Source: Torpedo marmorata
Lineage: Eukaryota
Length of the DNA: 64,000 nt
Reading direction: 5' to 3'
Assembly (NCBI GenBank): GCA_977017645.1
Contig: OZ360242.1
Span: 46,314,001-46,378,000, forward strand
Made by a program: the position numbers and the translations under genes. A model generated the notes under the pieces. The model did not search any database, had not been told where the DNA came from, and was given only the letters and a program-made list of their open reading frames with translations. Shown here piece by piece: positions 49,760 to 63,874 of this stretch. Every line of letters starts with the position of its first letter. Positions within the stretch are counted from its first letter, which is position 1.

Positions 49760-50194
49760 CAATGCCATACTCTTCTGTATGTGTACAATTTGCCACTCAA
49801 CAGAGATTGCAAGCAAGTCAGCAACAGGCTACGGCGTTTGTCTGATAATTGTGGTGGAAAAGTTTTAAGTATTACCGGCAGCAGTGCAATCCTTCGTTTT
49901 ACAAGCCAGGAAAGTGCTGAGCGTGCACAGAAGCGTATGGAGAATGAAGATGTGTTTGGCAGTAAGATCTTTGTATCATTTACACCAAAAAATAAAGATC
50001 TTTGTGAAAGCAAAAATAACTGCCTTACAGTTGAAAAGACAAAATCCCCTAAAAAGGCAAATAAATTTACAAAACACTCTCAGCTGAATAAAGACCTTGA
50101 TGAACAATCACAAAATGGAAAAAATTCTGCTGCAAAGAGCTCACGGACATCCCAAGGATCAGCAGTTAAAAATGGAAAGGTCAGAAGTTTGCAG
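49760..50194 (+). CDS. MARF1: MARF1 coding exon 7 (RRM1)
   Basis: [12 protein letters not shown]...[19 protein letters not shown]...[15 protein letters not shown]...VRSLQ|gtaaat. Confidence 0.98.
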
Positions 50195-51940
50195 GTAAAT
50201 AGCCCATTTATTGCACCTCTGATTACATAGGAAGGTTAGCAAGATGCAAATGTTCAATTTCTTTTTGCTCAAATGGAGAAAGTACAAAAATAGTTAAGAG
50301 TAATAATGGTTAATGCATCCACATAACATGAATTTTCATTTTGTTTGGCCATTTGGGACAAGGTTAATAGTGAAGTAACATGGCTGATCATTATTTGGCA
50401 AATAGCTGACACTCAAAAGGTGTCACATAAAATTCATACTTCCAATACATATTGCTATGCAATAAATCTTTTGAAAGTCTTTGTTCATCCATCAGGTTAT
50501 TAGAGAGAGCATTAAGCAAAACTGCATTTCCACAGAGTCAAATAATTTCACTATGCTCACTGATAGAATTCACTGCCACTGTAATGAAATACTGGAGAGC
50601 AATTAGGTGTCCGAACATTTAATCAACTGCTTGCTTGATTGATTCTTATTTGGTAGTAAGGGCTGCAACATTTGTCATTTGGCAAAGCCTTGTTCACCCA
50701 GACATTCACAGCTCTCTTCTGCAAAACCCACACTATGTTAGACACATTGCCACATCGAAGAGGTCAATTATCCAGCTGTTCCACATGCTGATGATACAAT
50801 TTTAAAGCCACTCCTCCATCCCTAAAAAAAATAGTTTTACTATTTAACAGGCAATGCTGAAATCTGAATTTCCTTAAGAATTTTAGAATAAAAATTCCTT
50901 ACTGAGCTGTACCATTGTACATTTTATGAATGCATGTTTAATAACATACATTGAATCTTAATACTGTACATTGTTATCAAACAGTATTAAATCCCCCTAC
51001 TGATTTTGATCATGTCATGATCCTTTTGAAGATTTGAAGAGTGTGATTTTTCAGCAAATCTTTCAATAATGCTCCTACTTTGTTGACAGTTCCAATTTCT
51101 TAAATCTTTCATGTTATTTGTTGTTTTGTACAGCGTGCCAAATGTACATTTCTGTGCACTTCTAGATAGGCAGAGTAACATTTGTAGAATATTACTGAGT
51201 AATTAATCCAACAAGGTAAAACAAGGGTAACTCAATAAAATTACATTGGATAGCTTCAATATTGGTACTAGACTTGCCTGCACTTTGTCTCTATGTGTGA
51301 GAGGTTGGTGTTGCTGATAGCTATTTGAGACAAGGAATGGCAAAGCCTGGGAGAAAAATTGATAGCAAACCTGCTTAATAATATTTCATTCAGAGTCAGC
51401 TTCACGTTATTCTCAGAGTCCCATTGTTTCATGACACTTCCTACCATTGACCCCAACACACCAGACTCCACATTCCACCCTTGTATCTCTGAACTATCTG
51501 ACCCTCTGCAAACTCCACTGTTATCCCTGCTTTACCTTCTCCAGCCCTCAATAAATAACAAATCTCACTTGTGAGAAATAAAGTTGCTGGGGTAATGCTC
51601 AGGTTACATGGCATTATTCCTGTCAGTTGCATACAGTCTCCTGTGAACACACTTTGGTTACATCCGATTTTGACAGGAATTTGAATAAACTGCCAGTGGT
51701 CCAGTATCCTCCATGTTATTTTTTTTTAAAACTGAGGCAGCAAAGCATCTGGTTCCCAAAGTGAAATTATGTTTCAGATATAGACAATTAAGTGCAAAGG
51801 CGTTGCTCATCTATTCCCCTGGGAGGTGTCAATTAAAATACTAAAGTTCTTTGAAGGCTAACTGCTTTTCATAGACCCTGCTTTAAAGTAAACCTCTCTT
51901 TGCCTTAGGAAGTGATGAGGTTTATAAAATTAGAAGTATA

Positions 51941-52190
51941 GGGGCAGCACGGTTGGCGTAGCAGTTAACGCAACGCCTTTACAGCACCAGTGATCGGGAC
52001 CGGGGTTCGAATCCCACGCTGTCTGCAAGGAGTTTGTACGTTCTTCCCGTTTCTGCATGGGTTTTCCCCGGGAGCTCCGGTTTCCTCCCAATGTTCAAAA
52101 CGTACTGAGGTGTAGGTTAATTGGGTATAAATTGGGCGGCACAAACTCGTGGGCCGAAATGGCCTGTTACCGTGCTGTATGTCTGAATTT
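51941..52190 (+). mobile_element. V-SINE copy
   Basis: A and B boxes, V-domain, tail GTGGGCCGAAATGGCCTGTTACCGTGCTGTATGTCT. Confidence 0.9.
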
Positions 52191-53645
52191 TTTTTTTTAA
52201 ATTAAAAATTTAAACATTAGGAAACACCTGGTTTCTTTTCCTTGCCCTCCCCCAGATGTATTTATTGTCCCACAATTGCAGGTTTTTTTTCCTCATGGAG
52301 GTCCCAATCTCTTATCCCCACCCATTCTCTCACTCCTTTGTATTAGAAGATTACAAATCATTTTTCTTAACATTTAAAATAAACTACACTGTGCAAGGAT
52401 ACAAAAAAAGTGTGCATCAGATAGGGTCTAAATGGAAAAAGGAGGCATGACCTCCATCAATACATCACCTCCTTTCATTCTGGACTTTGTTGTTTGGAGA
52501 TTCCCCAACCCACAACAGATGGAAAGGACACTCAAGTGGAGAACTCATCAATTTGCCCTCTATTCATAAAGTCTCACAGGTGGATGTCAGAATCTGTTTA
52601 AGGCATCAGCAACAAAATATCAGAAACAACCAAAATATCAAACTATTAAATTTGCTGCCCTAATAATGAATCCTCTCTTCTGCATCCCAGTCTGATCTAG
52701 GGACTCCTTTCTTTTGGAGTGTATATTTTAATTCAAGAGCTCTTGTTACTCAGCAATACAGGTGTACTAAAATGTCTAGGCAAAACTTGAGTAATTGTTA
52801 CCAGAAGTTTCACCTCAACTCAAAAGACCAAGAGACTCCTCACTATTAGTAGTACCTCAAGAGAGTACTGAGCCAAAGGTTATTATCTCAGTGAGGAAGT
52901 CCACCAGTTCTCTGAAAAGACAAAAATGTCACAATAGTTTCAGTTTTAACCAGCAGTCATTAGGTTGAACTTTGAAAGAAGGGAAATACCAGAAGTTATA
53001 GCAGTAAACTGCCAGTTTGCAAATCAGCTAGTCCAGTCCAATAATTGACACTCATTCAGAGTGCAGAAAGGGCAGAGAAAACCACCTCCTCAAAAAACAC
53101 AAGTTAGTGATGTTTGCCATGAAATACTCAATTATTTCTTATAAATCCCCAAAATAATATGAAATACATGTCTAATCTCTACCAGGAGCCTTGTTTTCCT
53201 TAAATACTATCACACCCTTCCCTATCTTGTATTCACAAATCATTTGATTGCTACTTAACACAATAATTTCACTCCAAATTAGCTAGTTATCCAATTCCCT
53301 TATCAAAAAGGTAATTGGCCAATTGCTTTTGTTGAAGGGTGTGTTTTTTTTAAACCCAGTCATTTTGTAACAAACTTTAAACTGTTGCCGTTAGCCCATA
53401 AATTTAACATTGAAAAGAAGGATACATGCAGATGCCATTTGGCACAATTGACATTTGTTTCAGTTTGCTAAAAAATTTATATTCTCATTTCTATTCCCAC
53501 ACATTCTATCACAAATTCAATGCAAAGTTTCAAATGAATTGACTGTTTTCACCTGGTTTAGTTTCTGGGTTGTACACGGAGTTTGAGTTGAAAACCATTT
53601 CAATTTTATAATTCTTTATTGGAATCTAGCACTCTATTTGTATTA

Positions 53646-54648
53646 CCGTATATTTTGGCGTATAAGTCGACCGGCAGATAAGTCGACCCCCCTTTTTCAG
53701 CCTCATTTTAATGGTTTTATGGTATATCTGGCGTATAAGTCGACCCCCAAAAATCGCGATGCCTGAGATGTTGCGCATTGACCGGCGTATAAGTCGACCC
53801 CTAATTTTCAGGCTGTCTGGGCCTCCCAGCAACAATCCAAAATTTGTTACAACGTCCCAATCGCCAAGTAACAAAGCTGTAAATTAAGCAAGTACCGGTA
53901 AGTAAAAAAAACAGTAAAATAAACCTTTGCTTCTGGCCGGGAAGATGCAGGTGCGGCGACTTCTTTCTCCCGAGCAGGTGCAGGGACGTCTTTCTCCCGA
54001 GCAGGAGCGGGGACGTCATTCTCCCAAGCAGGAGCGGGGACGTCGTTCTCCCGAGCAGGAGCGGGGAGCTCGTTCTCCCAAGCAGGAGCGGGGACGTCGT
54101 TCTCCCGGGCAGGTGCGGGGACTCGTTCTCCCGAGCAGGAGCGGGGACGTCATTCTCCCAAGCAGGAGCGGGGACGTCGTTCTCCCGAGCAGGAGCGGGG
54201 AGCTCGTTCTCCCAAGCAGGAGCGGGGACGTCGTTCTCCCGGGCAGGTGCGGGGACTCGTTCTCCCGGGCAGGAGCGGGGAGCTCGTTCTCCCGAGCAGG
54301 AGCGGGGAGCTCATTCTCCCGGGTAGGAGCGGGGACCTCGGGCTCTACAATTGTAGAATGTCTGGGTGGTTTATGGCGGCGCCCGGCGGTGGGGAGGTGT
54401 CGGGGAGCGGCGGCGCCGGCGGTGGGGAGGCGCTTCCAGGGTCGACCTATACGCCGAATCGTGTTTTCAGAGGTCGACTTATACGCCGAATCGTGTTTTC
54501 AGGGGTCGACTTATACGCCGAATCGGCGTGAACTCGATTTTGAGCTGATTTTAAGGTCTCAAAAGTATATCTGCCGTATAAGTCGACCCCCGTTTTTTGA
54601 GACATTTTTGAGGGTTTCAAGGGTCGACTTATACGCCGAAATATACGG
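53646..54648 (+). mobile_element. Non-autonomous derivative of the 47399-49363 pogo element, carrying a 27-bp GC-rich minisatellite
   Basis: About 155 bp of left end and 210 bp of right end nearly identical to the full element; TA TSD; no transposase; GCAGGAGCGGGGACGTCGTTCTCCCGA repeated about 14 times at about 53947-54337. Confidence 0.93.
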
Positions 54649-57285
54649 TAGTTATGCACACATTTGTTTGAGAACAAGGTGACATTGACATAATGTTCCC
54701 TTCCTTTGGACAAATATTCTATTTGATAGTGATGAGAATCATCTGTCACTTAAGCAATTTACCTTTAATTGACCAAGAATTCAGGGTATATTGATAGGGA
54801 TAGATTAGGTTAGGAACGAATGCGTGGTTTGCTTTTCCTTATTTGAAGTTTGGAATTTTGTCATTTCCATTTCTGTATTTTGTTGAACAAAGTGATGTAA
54901 CACAGTTAGTAATATACATGACAATGCATACAAAGCTATTTTCTGAACCATTCACCTCCACAACAACTGCAGTCTATTCCTATAATAACCAACACACTTG
55001 GTTGTATGCTGTGGCATTTTGTACCTAAGTAAATTTTAGATTTTACTATTTCACCTTGAATGTGTTGTAGCCCATATTTCATTTGATTTACCAACAAGAT
55101 AAAGTTATGATCTCAAGACTGAGGTTTTGAGACAGTGAGCACAAATATTTAATTAACATCTCAGTTCAATAAAAAGGTAGCTGGTCCAGAAAACAGGTAA
55201 ACTTATCATTCAGCCCTTGATGCTTCTTTGCTGAGTTGGCATATTTTTTAATGACTGGACTAATATATAATTAATCAGATAGAAAGATATCTTGTTGGAT
55301 GACCAGGTGCAATCTTACATAAGAATACAATCTTCATTCACCATTGTTTTTTTATTTGTTGGACTGAATTTTTTTGCTTAGTGAGCTATGAATATTGTGC
55401 AAATTAGAAATCGTAATGTTTGCTTACATATAAAGGTCTTAATTAATTTTCAGAACAATCCAACAATATCCTCTCTATCAGATAAAAAAGAGCAAGACAA
55501 GCACATTATTTTAAAGTCCTCTATTTTGGAGAAAATGAGGATGGGTAATGAGAAATGAGATAAAATGCTTTTCTGCAAGAAGTGCTGTTTAAATATGTGA
55601 TTGGAACTTTCTTTTGCATATGGAACTGTTGTAATATCATCTGATCAATCTCTTTTAGTATAGTATACATTAGTTCAGTTTGAAAATGTGTCCCAGAAAG
55701 TGAAAACCTGCTAGTATTTCATGCAACTATTCCTCTGTTGAAGTGGAAACTACTGGGACAGGTGTTGAAATGTTTGTTTTATTGAATGGTTAAGGTGGAA
55801 TGAATGGCATATGTAATCTTTTTTTCTGGAAAGCAGGATGCTTTTGCCCATCTCATTAAGAATAAGGAGATTTTTTGTTCTTGATTTTATTATTTTTTCC
55901 CTAAAAGTACTGAAAGCTCAACATAAACAGCTTTAATTAAATAGAGTGAAAGTATTTTAAAACAAGAGGATTTTTTGGGGGGAAAATAGGCATTCAGCAT
56001 CTAGAAAGAACAGTTTTGCATTTTTGGCAAAACACATTGATTTAGCCACCGTGCTGCTTTCTTCACTCGTGCATATATTTTAAGTACAGATTTACACACT
56101 GAAACCAATATAGTTCAAGTAAGCAAGGCAGTTTTCTACGAGGTAGTTAATGCTGCATATGTAATTCACAAGTGACTAATTAAATAATTATAGATTTGAG
56201 TGCTACAGGTGTATTGCATGAAAAGGTAGAAAATGAGCAGTTTCACCTCTTCTCTTCCACCTAAAAGTAAAATAATGAGAAAACTTTTTTTCACATAGCT
56301 TTTGGAGCTAAGTAGCTGATATGGTAGTTGTTTGCTCTTTAGTATGGAAGTTTAGATTCTAATCTAGTGCTCAGTCTATATGCTCAACACTTTATTTTGG
56401 AATCTTTTAGTCCTCTGGTAGGCCTACCATTATCCAATATGAATGAGTGACTGCAATTAAACAACTTCTCTGCAAATGAATATTGAATTTTATCAGTGTT
56501 TCTACTGGTTTCTAAAAGCCTGTTGGGTTTCAGTAAACACAAATTGAATCATTTTAGAAAAGCTAATTTTTAATGTCTTGTAAACATAATCTATCTTGAA
56601 GCAATTGGAACTTGAAATAGTAAGTACTAGTATTTGCCCTCTTTATATTGTGCTGCTGGATGGGCACCTAATAGGGTACAATACAAATATCCAAACTATT
56701 TTTTTACACTATCTGATATTGTCATTGGTGTATAAATGTATGTATCTAGTATTCTTGTAAATGTTCATTTGTACATTAATGTACTGAGTTTTAGGACCTC
56801 TGGAGATGATGTATTTTGAGTGTTTTCTCAAGTTGAATATAGTTATTTCTTGAAACAAATTTTGTGAAAAGTGAAAGTAGATATTTTTAGAATAAGTGTC
56901 AAAGGAATTGAGCAACGAATGAAAATTTGATGACTATGGTAGTATTAAATGGTATTGAAATAATTGAGGTTTAAGGGAAATAAGCTGATTGTCTTTACTT
57001 CTAATTTTTATTCAAATTAGGTCTATTAAAATCCCCTATTTTTGTTGTAATTGTCAAGTTTAGCTTTAACAAAACATGTCTTTCAAAGATTATTTCTTGT
57101 ACCTGCCAAATAAGTCTTGGCGAATAAAGTTTAACTTCATTTAAGTTTAGTATATGAGGATTTTGCTGTTTGGTTTATTTAACACTTAAGCCATTTTCCC
57201 TTATTTTAAAAAGTACACTGATATAACTGTGGAAGATGTTTTATATATGTGCAATCTTAAATAGTTAATTATTTATTTTTGCAAG

Positions 57286-57440
57286 GAACTCTGTGGTATG
57301 GAATCCAAAGCCAAGCAAAGTTTACGGACGCAACAAAGCAAAAAGCAAGGAACTGAATCACCACCTGTAAGCCATTCTGTTTGTACCCCGGCCACTCCTA
57401 AAAATACGGGAAATGGAGATTCTTTCGGTGGAAATGTTAA
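57286..57440 (+). CDS. MARF1: MARF1 coding exon 8
   Basis: ELCGMESK...TPKNTG...NV AA|gtgagt; phases fit. Confidence 0.88.
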
Positions 57441-57889
57441 GTGAGTTTATATTGAATTTATGAACACTGATCAGTTTGACTGTTTAAGAGACTGGTTATT
57501 ATTGTGAAATATTTAAACAAAAAGGGCTAAATATTGCCTTCAGAATTTTGTCTCCTTTCTGAAATTAAAGACTGCTGGAAGTTCATAAGTGATTTGGCAT
57601 TTGAATGAAAGCTAACAAATTGAGTGTAATGTATTATTTAAATTGGAATTAATACTTTGACACTTCTTTTAAAAGCTCCAGTATCAAAATGTAACACAAT
57701 ATTTGCTTTTAGCACAGTAGTGTGACAGATTGCTAGAACAATAAATGGAATGGATGAAGTACAGTTGTCTGTTCTAATGTGAATCTTCAGATAAACTTGT
57801 AGTATGTTGATTTGATCATCAATGACATCACATAGGTAGTGGAACAGGGATTATTACCAGCAAATTATGAAATTTGTGTTCTTAACTGA

Positions 57890-58410
57890 GACTAGAACAT
57901 AGAACAGTACCACACTGGAACAGGCTCTTTGGCCCACAGTATTTGTGTCTATGATGCCACTTTAAACTGCACATCTCCCTTTCACAGACATTCCCTTTGC
58001 ATATGAGTTGCAAGGAGAGGTTGGACAAGCTTTAGTTGTTTTCTTTGGAGAGTTGGAGGCTAAGGTTAACCTGATAAAAGTTTATAAAATTGATAGGATT
58101 GATGGTTGGAATAGTTTTCCCAGGTTGAAAATATTAAGCACTAAAGGTCATGCATTTAAGGTGGGGAAGAGAGGGGGCTTAAAGGAGATGTGCAGGGTGA
58201 GTTTTTTTATACACAAAGTACTAGGTGCATAGAATAAACTGCCAGTAGTATTGGTGGAGGCAGATACAATGTTCAAGAGGCTTCTAGATGGGCGTATGGA
58301 GCAGAAGAATACATGTCATGTAGAAGAGGCAACGTTTTAGTTGGGCATCTTGTTCAGCGCAGATATTTTTGGGCTGAAAGACCTGCTTCTGTGCTGTATT
58401 GTTTTATGTT
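57890..58410 (+). mobile_element. Degraded CR1 3' fragments
   Basis: NLIKVYKIDRID...STKGHAFKV and a CR1-like tail. Confidence 0.7.
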
Positions 58411-58968
58411 CAATCTGTAACTATAACATCCCCAAGTTAGCAGTGGCCAGTCACTTTAATTCTTCCATTGATATGTTTTGATTTCCTACCCCAGTGAAAC
58501 TTGAAAAACATCTTGTCATTTGACCAGACTCATTGCCTTCCAGACTCTGCATTGAATTCATTATTAAATGTTATTGCTGTCTTCTCCTCCTGTGGAACTC
58601 TTTTTGTCGCACACCAATTTTCCACTTTGCATCATCTCTTTTGTCATCTGATCTTTTCTCCTTTTCACAGACATTGCCTCTGCATTCTTTCCACCCCTTG
58701 CATCTTTCCCTGTTCGTAACCTTTTCCAATTCAAATGAAAAGTGCCTTGCCATGAGAAGTGGTTTCTCTTCTCTGTTATTTGCGGAGTACTTCCAGAAAT
58801 TTCTTAGTTTCATTTTTTTGTGCTACTGCCACGTGTAAAGTACTGAGATGAAAGTAGTTTTCTAATACTGACGTGCAAGTGTAACAGCTGTGTTAAATCA
58901 AAGGCAATCCCAAGAAACTGTCAAAGGATAATTGAACACATTACTTAAAATATTGTTTTCTTAAATAG

Positions 58969-59127
58969 GCGAGAAACACCCACTTTTTCAAGTTCATTGG
59001 AACCCCACACAGACCGAACTGAGAAGAAAGTTGACTTCCGTGTCAGTTCCCCTTCTGCTTTTTCTAAGTTGTCAATTTCAAGGCATAGCACACCACCTAT
59101 TACAAGCCATGGATCCTGGTCTGCAAG
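58969..59127 (+). CDS. MARF1: MARF1 coding exon 9
   Basis: (K)RETP...FRVSSPSAFSKL...SWSA AG|gtaac. Confidence 0.9.
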
Positions 59128-59386
59128 GTAACCTTTTTCAAAATGTTGCCTACCCTTTAAACAAGTACACTTTCAAGATTTATTTGGAGATAACTGTTTG
59201 AAATTAATGAGCATCAAGAAATAGGAAATCAGAGGTAGCTGAATTGGATTTTAATTTGATCTTGGAGGTAACAGTAGAGTTTTGAACTTTTACTGCAGAA
59301 ATGGTACTTTAATGTTTAGTTTTCCAAATCTTTAATGTAATTTTTATAAGAATGTGACAATGCTTGATTCTTGATAATTATTCTAG

Positions 59387-59570
59387 GAGTCTATCACCAA
59401 TCTTGTCAAACCGCTCCTCTCCTATAAGCACAAATCAAACCCATTACTCTGATGCCCAGAGTGATCCATTTGCAAATGGAGCAAATGTGCAGGTCAGCAA
59501 CTTGGATTACAGAATGTCCAGAAAAGAACTACATCAAATATTGCATGAGATTTTCTTCAGGCATGGCAAG
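59387..59570 (+). CDS. MARF1: MARF1 coding exon 10 (start of RRM2)
   Basis: [12 protein letters not shown]...[23 protein letters not shown]...RHGK|gtaaac. Confidence 0.96.
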
Positions 59571-60429
59571 GTAAACTGACTTGATGCTTGAATAGAGAGT
59601 AATGGTTGAAGCTGGTAGAGCTATAAATAATAAGGCCAGTGGTACATATGAAACTTTTGCCATATTCTTATAATTAATTTTCAAATAAAGTTCTTATTTC
59701 CTGTGATTTTTTTTTTTTTCTTCTCAATGTTTTTTTTGTTGAATTAGAAATCTGGTAGGACTATAAACTTATAATTTGGCCTTAAGCTGCCATCAATATA
59801 ATGGAGGGAACCTCCTCAATCTTCCTATTTTACTTTGTCGTATGTTGTTGTGCTTTATTCTCATTCAAGATTTTCATCATTTAAATGTAATTCTGTACTG
59901 TTAGTACACTTAATATGGGGGTTCTGTGGTACAGTAATCGCTGGTTTTGGAGTGCTTGTACAGAGATCCATGAATTGGCTCGTTTCCTCATTCTTGTTGA
60001 CTCTTTTTATTTCTCAAAGCAGGTTCAAGTTAAAACTTTAAATATTACCTTCATTGCCTCAGTTGTGTTTAATCATTTGTGATTTCATCTTCCATATTGC
60101 ACATTGTCAGAATGAAAATCTGTTTATTCTGTTTTGATACATTTGCCTCTGAGTAAATTTATTGGGTACTCTGATATAGCAGTTAAATTACAGGCTAATA
60201 ATTCTGACGCTGTGACATTTTAAGTTCAGTTGGTAATCAGTCATTTAAAAATAAACAAGTCAAATGAGCTGAGTTCCATAGGTGAGATGCATGTAACTGC
60301 CCTTCATATCGAGGCAGCATTTAACTAAGGATGTTATAGTATTTTATCATTTTACTGTGGTAAAATTTAAATCGATGTGCTTCAAGGGGAAAAGCACCAA
60401 TGGTTAAAATTGTACATCGCATTAAGGAA

Positions 60430-61300
60430 GAAGATTGTGTTAGCTAGAGGCCAATTATCCCATCTCTAGGACACCACTGTAAGAGTTCCCGCAAGGCTTT
60501 TTCCCAGGCCCAACCATTTTCAGCTGTTTCATCAATGACCTTCCGTTCATCATGAGGTCAGGAGTGGGGATGGTTGCTGCTGATCAAACAATGTTCAATT
60601 CTATTTACAATTCAGCAAATTAAGCAATCCATGCTTGCACAGAGCAAGACCTTGACAAACATTCAAGCATTGACTGATAAGTGACAAGTAATATTTGTGC
60701 CACATTAGTGCCAGTCAATGACCAATGCCAGTGATAGAATCTGATCTCTACCCTTGACATTGAATGGTGTTACCATCACTGAGTACCCCACATTTAACAA
60801 CCTGGGGGCCACCATTGACTAGAAATTCAACTAGACAGGTTAACAACTGTGCAAGTCAGAGTGACACCTCAAAGCCTTTCCACCATCTGCAATGCACAAG
60901 TGTTTTTTTTAAAACTCTCCACTTCCCTGGATGAATGTAGCTTCAACAATTGTCCTTGGTATTATCCACCACAACACAACCTGCTTTATTGACACCCTAT
61001 TCTCCACCAGTGCACAGTAGCTGCAGTATGTACCATTTGTACTTGACTAATCCATCAATACCTCTTCTAAGAAGGACAAAGGCTTCAGGCATGTGTGAAC
61101 ACAGCCACCTGCAGGACTCCCTCCAAGTGGCACAACATCCTGACTTGGAAGTGTTGTCATTGCTTCATTGTCACTGAATCCAAATCCAGGGACATTCTCC
61201 CCAGTATCATTATGGTAGAACCTTTACCAGCAGGACTGCAGTGGTTCAAGAAGACTGCAAACCACCTGGACATATTTGGGGATCAGCAAAATTGCTGGCC
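60430..61300 (+). mobile_element. Old CR1-clade LINE fragment
   Basis: GPTIFSCFINDLP-like motif; related to 41360-42050. Confidence 0.6.
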
Positions 61301-61584
61301 TGATGAAGTCATCTTCAGTGTATGACTGGAATGATGGAGAGAATTACATAAAAACCTTTGTTATGGTGAAAAGAAGTGAGAATGTGATCAGCATGAATCA
61401 TTATCACACCTGTAGAAATGTAACCATACAGGAAGATGGTAATGTTCCTTACAAATTCTACAATTTTAGCTTATGAATAATTGATTTTTTATTTTTATTT
61501 TAATGAATTAGCAAAACTTGAGTGATTTCTGTATTTTTAAAAATAGCTGAAAATTGTTTCTTGTCTCAACTTTTGGGTATCTAG

Positions 61585-61763
61585 GTGAAGAATGTGGAGC
61601 TAAGTCCTCATACTGACTATCAGCTGAAAGCAACTGTGCAGATGGAGAATCTCCAGGAAGCAATTTCAGCTGTCACTAGTTTGCACAGATACCGAATAGG
61701 ATGCAAGAGAATTCAAGTATCATTAGCCACTGGAAATGTCAATAAATCTTTGACTTTACTTGG
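61585..61763 (+). CDS. MARF1: MARF1 coding exon 11 (RRM2)
   Basis: [16 protein letters not shown]...LHRYRIG...VSLATG...KSLTLL GG|gtataa. Confidence 0.96.
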
Positions 61764-62479
61764 GTATAACTGTTTCTGCCTCTGCTATGTGTCAAATCAC
61801 TTTATTTTGAGAATAGCTATTAATTCTCTTAGCTCTTTTTAACTTTTAAAAATTAATTGACATAGAAACCAGAACTGTGAGTGGGTTGAAGTATATAGTT
61901 CACATTACAGATCTTGTGAGTAATGCTGACAGTTTGGGGTGGAAGCAGGGAGTTGATTGCTCACCAAGAAAATGTGCATATCTAATTTTTTATCCCCATG
62001 GTATATTGTGTACATTGAAGTAATAATCCAAACCTGCCCCCTCAAAATTAATTTCTATTATAAATTCAATCTCTATTGATAGCTGAAGCATTTTTTATTA
62101 TTTTTGAGCAGATTGCATACTGATTTGGTTAACATCTCTGCTCACTAAAAAGGTCCTTTATTAAATTACTGGTTATAACCATTTTTGGGGAAACAATTAT
62201 GAGCAAGAAATCTTAATTGTGATATATTTTTTGTTCTGATAAAAGGTGAATTCATTATTCCCATTGCACACATTGGGTAGTGTTTGAGTAGTGGATGAAA
62301 ACTAACTGAACAGCATGGTCATATTAGCATATTTGCTTCCTGGATGGCTTAAAGAACTATTTTCTTTTAATTGAAATCCAAAACTAACAAAAACAAATAT
62401 TATAATTATCGGAAATTAAAAGCTCGCTATTTTCTAATTATGGATTAATAAGGAACAAAGAAAATTGTTCAAGGCGGCA

Positions 62480-63605
62480 CAGTAGATCTGGTTTACATAG
62501 TTTCGTAGGCTTTTGACCCACATGATAGACCTGTCCAGTTCGTCAAACGGGATCTTGGGTATTTTAGCAAACTGAGTCCAAAACTGATTTGGTGATTGGG
62601 AGCAGAGGGTCATGGTGGATGTTGTTTATCTAACTTGGCAGGAATTAGTGCTGAGACCTTTTATTGTTTGTAATATATTTTAATGACTTGGATGAGACTG
62701 TGGGTGATTTCGTTAGCAAATCTGCAGATGGCACAAAAATTGGTGGAGTCGTACATAATGAAGGTTGTCCAAGGATGCAGCGCAACATATCAACTGGAAA
62801 GTTGTATGGGGTGGTGGCTGATGGAATTTTATTTGGACATATTTGAGGTGAAGGACTTTGAGAGTTCAGAATCTGATGGAATATATAAAGTAAATGGCAG
62901 GGATATTAGGAGTGTTGATGTGCAGAGAGACATTGGGGTACAAGTCAATAGCTTCTTGAAAATTGAGAAACGGGTGGACAGGTTAGTAAAGAGAGCATTC
63001 CGTATGCTTGCTTTCCTCTGCTGAGGCATTGAGTACAAGAATTGGAATTTGATGTCACAGCTGTTTAAAATGTTGATTAGACCGTATTTTTAATGTTTTC
63101 TCCAGTTCTGGTTGTCCCGCCACAGGAAGGATGGTGTAGCAATAGAGTGCAGAAAACACTCACCAGAACCTCGCCTAGAGTAGAAACCTGTAGTTGTATA
63201 GAGATTGGTTAGACTGTGTTTATTCTTACTGAAACATAGGAGGCTGATGAGGTGAACTGGTAGCACTTCATAAAATTGAGGGCAGAGTTAGGATTGTCAG
63301 TATTTTTCTCCTAGGGCAGGGGAGTGTAGAACTAGAGGACATAGGTGAGAGGAGGTAAATGGAAAGGAAATCTGAGGGGTAAGTTTTTTTCTAAACACAG
63401 GGTGGTGGTTGTCTGGAATGAGCTGTCTGAGGAGGTGGCAGAGCCAGATACAACTTTTAAAAGCATTTGAGCATGGACTTGGATTGGAAAGGCATAGAAG
63501 GATATGTGTCTAATGCAGGCAAATGGGATTAGTGTAGGTATCATGGTTGGCATAGACAAAGTGGACCAAAGGGAGCTGTTTCTGATCTCTGCTGTACAAT
63601 TCTGT
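62480..63605 (+). mobile_element. Degraded CR1 LINE 3' fragment
   Basis: FVIYFNDLDE, SKSADGTKIGG, VDVQRDIGVQV, CR1 tail. Confidence 0.82.
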
Positions 63606-63874
63606 GATTATAATAAATTTTCAAGACTTTTGTGAAGCAGGTTTTGTGAAATAAGGAATGGAGTGGTTTAAAAGTTCCTGCAACTTTGGTTGAATTACTT
63701 AAGACTGAATTTTGGAGTTTGAAATAACATGTGCAAGAATTGTCCTTTTCATCTGGGTCTTGGATTCCTCTGTGTGCCTGCCTTAGCTCAAGAAGGAGCA
63801 CCTTGTTATAGTAACAATCTAGAATTTAGAAATGTCATAAATGAGCCTCTTTCTCTGATTATCTTTTTGTATAG

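Noticed and set aside
51941-52020. tRNA genes (also at about 5005-5082 and 6213-6290)
   Set aside because: The A and B boxes run straight into the V-domain and CR1-like tail, so these are SINE heads.
53927-54682. 251-aa Arg/Gly/Ser-rich ORF
   Set aside because: It is a translation of a GC-rich minisatellite inside a non-autonomous transposon.
61764-63874. U12-type intron (donor begins GTAT)
   Set aside because: GTATAACT does not fit the U12 consensus GTATCCTT, and there is no TCCTTAAC branch site.
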